IMG/VR virus record: IMGVR_UViG_3300044617_001934 | Coordinates: 1,134-65,133 of that record | DNA: 64,000 bases | Direction: 5' to 3' (one strand) | Origin: a virus | Taxonomy: Duplodnaviria; Caudoviricetes | Part shown: positions 59,436 through 64,000 of the stretch, one piece after another | Layout of the letters: each line of letters starts with the position of its first letter | How positions within the stretch are numbered: position 1 is the first letter of the stretch | The notes under the pieces: generated by a model | Seen by the model: the letters and a program-made list of their open reading frames with translations, nothing else | Told to the model about the DNA's origin: nothing | The model's database searches: none | Program-made: the position numbers and the translations under genes

Positions 59436-59729
59436 CTAAGTATTTACATCTTCTGGTAAATTGGATGGTTCTATTTCCCGGTCAATAGATACAAAATCAA
59501 AATATTCTAATTTTCTCGCAGCAGCCGCTAAATCTAAGTTAGTTGTAGACTCAATATCTATGAGATGCCCAAATATACCAGAAGAGTCATTTAACTCGTT
59601 TATTAATAACTCTCTTAGATCTGGGTTATCTGCATCAATAATAGGCTTGACGGTTTCATCAGGATCAAAACCTTCTGTACTAATAGTGGCTTGTACTCCT
59701 GTAGCTTTATGGTTTAAGGTTATTAACAT
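59436..59729 (-). CDS. small acidic protein, candidate partner/immunity of upstream peptidase
   Basis: 97 aa overlapping the 3' end of 59707-61080. Confidence 0.65.
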   Translation of the reverse strand: MLITLNHKATGVQATISTEGFDPDETVKPIIDADNPDLRELLINELNDSSGIFGHLIDIESTTNLDLAAAARKLEYFDFVSIDREIEPSNLPEDVNT

Positions 59730-61080
59730 AAGCTAGAACTCCTAAAATATAATGAAAATGCTCCGGGTCTTGATCTCTAAATTTTTTCATCGCTTCCGGT
59801 GTGGAAAATCTTTCTAATCCCATAGATATGACTTCGGTTGAACCATCCTTATATATTTTACCCACATAAGGGTTTATGAAACTGTCTGTTAATGCAACTT
59901 CATTAGCCTTATATGCTTGGTTTCCTGTGATTTTTCTTAGTGTTTCCTTTTGACCTGTACTTCGTTTTTGAAGAAAAGCATTAGCAGATTCTTTTAATTC
60001 TGGGTTGGAATACTCTAAATGATGCCCTACTTCGTGAAAAATAACCGCTTTTTGTTCACTCTTACCTACATTAATAACACCCGCCCCTTTATTAGCATAG
60101 GCTCTTGGTTTATCATAAATCACCGACCGTAAAGTAGGGATGTTTCCCCCAGTTAACTGATAGGCATCTTTTAGGGCTTGATCTGATTTTTTGACTTTTG
60201 CAGTACGTTTTCCTAAAGAATCTAACCAAGTATTTGCATCCGCTTCTGATTTGCCACCAGCAGTCACTAAGTTCTTGTATATATCTGAAAGACCTGTCAG
60301 GTCTTTATCTATACCTCTTTTTCTTCTAAAAAATTCATTTTCCTTAGCCATAAAGTCAGAGAATATTCTGTTTTTCTCATCCTCTAATTCCCGATCACTT
60401 AAATTCTTTAAAGCAATACTTTTCCCCTGCATAGCCAAGGAAACTTCAATCTTAGCCGACTGATATTCACTTTCAGCGTCTTTAAAAGCTATATACTCCT
60501 CTAAAGGTACTCCAGATTTAGCCGCTTGTAATTTTGTAATCAAATCGCCATTTAAATCTGAAAGCTGTATAAGTCTTTTTTCTAGTTCAAAATACACCTT
60601 CTCATTTTCAAGATTATTGTTCATCTTGCTTAAAATTAAGTCTACTTCTTTATTCAGTTCTTCTAGCTGCTTTTCTATTTCTATGGCATCCTCTTCATAG
60701 AGATTTTTACCATATTTATTTGCTATTTTTTCACCTAATCTCTTAACAGATTCAAAATCAGCTAAATTAACAACTATTTCTGGTGTTGGTTCAGGTTCTA
60801 CTATTTTAACCTGTTCAGGTTTTCTAGTCTTAGCTTTTGCCTGTAATTCTAACCATTGAGCATAAGTCTTAGCTTGCCCAGTAAGAGGATCTTTGCAACT
60901 ATATCCCTTATTTATGCAAGATTTACGACAAGGGTATCCCTTTTTGCATTTTCTCTGTTTAGGTACACCTGTAAAATCTAGAGATTCCAGCGCAGTAGTT
61001 ATATCACTTTCTGAAAAGCTAAGATTATTCCCCTTTTTTATGTAGTTGTCTAGATTTAAAAACAGTTGGGTAATACTCAT
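59707..61080 (-). CDS. leader+Cys4 family protein 2 with C-terminal HExxH metallopeptidase
   Basis: LFLNLDNY..SFSES..CKKGYPCRKSCINKGYSC; RAYA..FHEVGHHLE..PYVGKIY..TEVISMGLE. Confidence 0.8.
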   Translation of the reverse strand: MSITQLFLNLDNYIKKGNNLSFSESDITTALESLDFTGVPKQRKCKKGYPCRKSCINKGYSCKDPLTGQAKTYAQWLELQAKAKTRKPEQVKIVEPEPTPEIVVNLADFESVKRLGEKIANKYGKNLYEEDAIEIEKQLEELNKEVDLILSKMNNNLENEKVYFELEKRLIQLSDLNGDLITKLQAAKSGVPLEEYIAFKDAESEYQSAKIEVSLAMQGKSIALKNLSDRELEDEKNRIFSDFMAKENEFFRRKRGIDKDLTGLSDIYKNLVTAGGKSEADANTWLDSLGKRTAKVKKSDQALKDAYQLTGGNIPTLRSVIYDKPRAYANKGAGVINVGKSEQKAVIFHEVGHHLEYSNPELKESANAFLQKRSTGQKETLRKITGNQAYKANEVALTDSFINPYVGKIYKDGSTEVISMGLERFSTPEAMKKFRDQDPEHFHYILGVLAYVNNLKP

Positions 61081-61907
61081 TTAATTCTATCCCTTACCTG
61101 TAAAATATACTTTTCTATGTTATCTAATTGTATCTGGTTTTTAGTAGATACAAAATCAATGAATCTTTGTTTCAACACATTAGCGTTACCTTTAGTGTCT
61201 AATTTATAATCATCAACTAATTCCTTAATCTGCTTAGGAGATAAAGATAATATTTGTTTCTTAATATCTTTTCTAATCTCAGGCTGCCTAGTTGGTTCTG
61301 TAGGTATATTAGAAAATGTAAGACTACATAAGCAGTTAACCATACAAGCACATTTAGTTTTTGGAAGAATAACATTCTCTAACCTGACAGCACCTAAAGC
61401 AGCATAATTTAGACAATCTTGGCAATGTTCTGCATCAGCCAATATTCGTGTAGCAGCATTAAAACCACTGTTTTTAGCCGCTTGCACTTCACCAGCATAG
61501 AAACTAATCTGAGATGCTTTTGCGTATAAATTAACTCTGTTTCTAAACTGTGGTTGTGAGACTTTACCTTGAGTAAGTTCTGTAGCAAAATTTTGTAAAT
61601 ATTGGTACTGCTCAAACAGAATATCAGAAATTGTTTTATAATCCCGATCCTTTATTTGAGAATCGCCACCAACGCCTAATAAAAATTGTTGAGTGTGGAG
61701 AATTTTTAGAGATTCTGCAAATTGTTGTTGCCATTGTCTGAGGGTGCTTTCTCCTGTTATCAGAGAATCACCCAGCTTTTGTAAATCTTCAGTTACTTGT
61801 TTTATTCGGAGTAAAGTAAGATCCGCGACCGTTTTACGAGATAGAAACCTACCTGTAGAGCGATCGCGGTAACGTCTTACTGATGACTCCCATTTATAGG
61901 TTGTCAT
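61077..61907 (-). CDS. MuF-like head morphogenesis (minor head) protein with C-terminal SAP-like motif
   Basis: RYRDRSTGRFLS, AEHCQDC, CMVNCLC; LSPKQIKELVDDYKLDTKGNANVLKQRF. Confidence 0.7.
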   Translation of the reverse strand: MTTYKWESSVRRYRDRSTGRFLSRKTVADLTLLRIKQVTEDLQKLGDSLITGESTLRQWQQQFAESLKILHTQQFLLGVGGDSQIKDRDYKTISDILFEQYQYLQNFATELTQGKVSQPQFRNRVNLYAKASQISFYAGEVQAAKNSGFNAATRILADAEHCQDCLNYAALGAVRLENVILPKTKCACMVNCLCSLTFSNIPTEPTRQPEIRKDIKKQILSLSPKQIKELVDDYKLDTKGNANVLKQRFIDFVSTKNQIQLDNIEKYILQVRDRIK

Positions 61908-61936
61908 ACTGATTGTTTGATAAGATGTTGCTTTTC

Positions 61937-62113
61937 TTAGTATATAGGGAAGTCATCAACATCATCTTCCATCTTTTGACTTTTAATAAATAGACTGTGT
62001 GCTTCTTTTGAGTATTTTTTGAAACTCTCTAAATCCCCTATGTCTTTAGCTCTTCTAGCCTTTTTCATTAATTGATTTCTCTCATACAAGATAGTCCTTT
62101 TAGATTCTGCCAT
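61937..62113 (-). CDS. small protein (58 aa, MAESKRTILYERNQLMKKARRAK..), candidate kinase partner/immunity
   Basis: Translated by hand; AGGAG RBS, starts 1 nt after kinase stop. Confidence 0.6.
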   Translation of the reverse strand: MAESKRTILYERNQLMKKARRAKDIGDLESFKKYSKEAHSLFIKSQKMEDDVDDFPIY

Positions 62114-62114
62114 T

Positions 62115-63602
62115 CTATTTATCTCCTAATTTCTTATTAAGTTTATCGTACAAAGATTTAACATCCTTAAAGTTCTCTTTCACTGCTTCAATTCTCTGTT
62201 CCTCCATGTCTTGAGGTACAGGAGCATCTTTCGGGGCTAAATCATGTAATCTCCTAAAATCATTCAAAATCTTGTCAGGATTTTGGTTGTCCAGTAAATC
62301 TTTTAGTGTTTCTCTAACGGTTTTTAGGTTGGTTACTTGATCTTTTGTTAATGATTCTATATCTAATTTATCAATATCGTCACTGACAGTTTTATATCTC
62401 CTACTCTCTATAATGCCAGAATAATCACGGGTATCTTTGATATAAAAGCTACCCTCATTATCTATAGGTGCATACCTACCGTCTGGGGTTCTAATGAGAT
62501 TACCACCATGTCTATCAGCATTACCTGTAAATATGTCAGCAGCAAATATTTTAGCTAAATCGGGGTGGGCTAATGAGTTTTTTAGACTTCCTTCAACATC
62601 TAAGAGTAAACCGTTTTCGTTAAAATCATCAGAAACCTTACCTTTTAGTTCTTTTGGTAACTGTTTATGAATATCAACCCCTTCTATTTTTGATGAGAAC
62701 ATTCTATCCCCATCAAACTTTATCACTGGGGCAGGTAATCCTAGCTGTCTTAAAATGGCAGATCCTACAACATCACTAGCACCATCATAGGTACTGTCAC
62801 CTGTCATAGACCCAGCGCGTTTTCTAAAGTATTGCGTACCATTTTTATCCTGTACCAATTTGATACCGGGAATATTAATGCCACTATTTTGTATTTCAGT
62901 AAAGTCAGAATCCTTAGCTACAGCTTCTTTAACCACATCTTTTTCTTTCTTAGGGGTTACAGTGGTTCTTTTATTGCTATCCTCAATCCTTTTCTGTTTA
63001 TCTTCTATAGTGTTCTTATCATTCTTGGCAACCTTAGTATTTTTAGGTTGTTTTGGTGGTTTAGCTACCTTATCTTGTACTTTTTTAACGCTACCTTTAG
63101 GTTGTTTTGGTACTTTTGATGGTTTTTCTAAGAGTCCTTTAACTTTTTTCTTACTAGCCGATGAGTTCTCACTAGAGCATTTTTTATCTTTATTAATACA
63201 AGTACCACCACAAGAAGTACCTTTAACACAGTTTTTCTTTTTAGGTTGTGTTTTAGTTTCGGTAGTTGCTGCAAACTCTAATTCATCAAAATCAGCACCA
63301 TCTAAATCTTCAGGATTAAGTAATTTATAACTGACTTGATCCTCTGTCACCTCAAACTGGTAACGTTTTGTCAACCCAGATGAAACCTTATCAAAGAAAA
63401 TACCAGAGATAGTAGTACCATCATTTTCTACATTCTCAAAACCATCTATTCCATCTGTATATGATTCTTCAATAATCTGTTTTAGGACTAAACCAGATTC
63501 CTCATATTCTAGATAAAACAGAGATTCTAGTAAACTTTCACTAAAATTTACAGGAGTACCAGAGTAATCAGAAATGTTATTAAATAGTTCCAATAAAATC
63601 AT
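62115..63602 (-). CDS. leader+Cys4 family protein 1 with C-terminal HipA/PI3K-like kinase
   Basis: LFNNISDY..NFSES..CVKGTSCGGTCINKDKKC; YFRK..DVVGSAILRQLGLPAP..DIFTGNADRHGGNLI..PIDNE. Confidence 0.8.
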   Translation of the reverse strand: MILLELFNNISDYSGTPVNFSESLLESLFYLEYEESGLVLKQIIEESYTDGIDGFENVENDGTTISGIFFDKVSSGLTKRYQFEVTEDQVSYKLLNPEDLDGADFDELEFAATTETKTQPKKKNCVKGTSCGGTCINKDKKCSSENSSASKKKVKGLLEKPSKVPKQPKGSVKKVQDKVAKPPKQPKNTKVAKNDKNTIEDKQKRIEDSNKRTTVTPKKEKDVVKEAVAKDSDFTEIQNSGINIPGIKLVQDKNGTQYFRKRAGSMTGDSTYDGASDVVGSAILRQLGLPAPVIKFDGDRMFSSKIEGVDIHKQLPKELKGKVSDDFNENGLLLDVEGSLKNSLAHPDLAKIFAADIFTGNADRHGGNLIRTPDGRYAPIDNEGSFYIKDTRDYSGIIESRRYKTVSDDIDKLDIESLTKDQVTNLKTVRETLKDLLDNQNPDKILNDFRRLHDLAPKDAPVPQDMEEQRIEAVKENFKDVKSLYDKLNKKLGDK

Positions 63603-64000
63603 TTATTTTTCCTCTTGTATTTCTTCAGTTCTTAACAAATTTTCATAATGACCTTTTAGATCATCACCCCAGTCTGCCATTGCTTCCTGCACTGTTTCCT
63701 CATCTACAGTAGAAATTTCCTTTAATTCTTCTGTAGTAATTATATCACCAGTAACCTGTAAAGGTACACTAAATTCAGCTACTTTATCTGACAATTCGGC
63801 TACCTGTTCCCTGATAATCTCTAAATCTGCTTTTATATTAGTCTCCGGTTGTTTGATGGTTAACTCGGTAAACTCCTGCACTGTTTCCTCATCTACAGTA
63901 GAAATTTCCTTTAATTCTTCTGTAGTAATTATATCACCAGTAACCTGTAAAGGTACACTAAATTCAGCTACTTTATCTGACAATTCGGCTACCTGTTCCC
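63603..64000 (-). CDS. 3' end of a gene entering from beyond the window (portal by position)
   Basis: Open frame runs to window edge; acidic repeat C-terminus; upstream of MuF/protease cluster. Confidence 0.45.
   Translation of the reverse strand, partial: EQVAELSDKVAEFSVPLQVTGDIITTEELKEISTVDEETVQEFTELTIKQPETNIKADLEIIREQVAELSDKVAEFSVPLQVTGDIITTEELKEISTVDEETVQEAMADWGDDLKGHYENLLRTEEIQEEK
63685..64000. repeat. 189-bp-period duplication, at least 127 bp identical
   Basis: 63685-63811 identical to 63874-64000. Confidence 0.9.

Noticed and set aside
1-64000. tRNA, rRNA, integrase, transposase, terminase, lysin
   Set aside because: None recognised by eye in this window; they may lie outside it or be too divergent

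Overview
AT-rich, gene-dense segment of a large tailed phage, possibly a phage-plasmid. Eighteen HIP1 GCGATCGC sites found by eye point to a cyanobacterial host. 1-31 kb: early/accessory region of short units behind near-consensus sigma70 promoters. It holds a probable large structured ncRNA (~2.3-2.6 kb), a Csx3/Crn3 ring-nuclease-like gene beside a NUDIX gene, a membrane-protein cluster with an FtsK/TraB-like ATPase, SLOG, HNH, KilA-N, GIY-YIG, a RuvC-like resolvase, SF2 and SF1 helicases, and a deleted type IV-B CRISPR-Cas locus that keeps only cas11 intact. 31.9-36.3 kb: RepB-primase/CyRepA1-like helicase fusion with a palindrome downstream. 38-57 kb: tail, fibre and Mu-like head genes. 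58-64 kb: cluster around a MuF-like gene whose proteins share an N-terminal leader and Cys4 motif but carry different C-terminal domains (HipA/PI3K-like kinase, HExxH peptidase, unknown), consistent with capsid-packaged effectors. All family calls are from motif recognition by eye; no searches were run.
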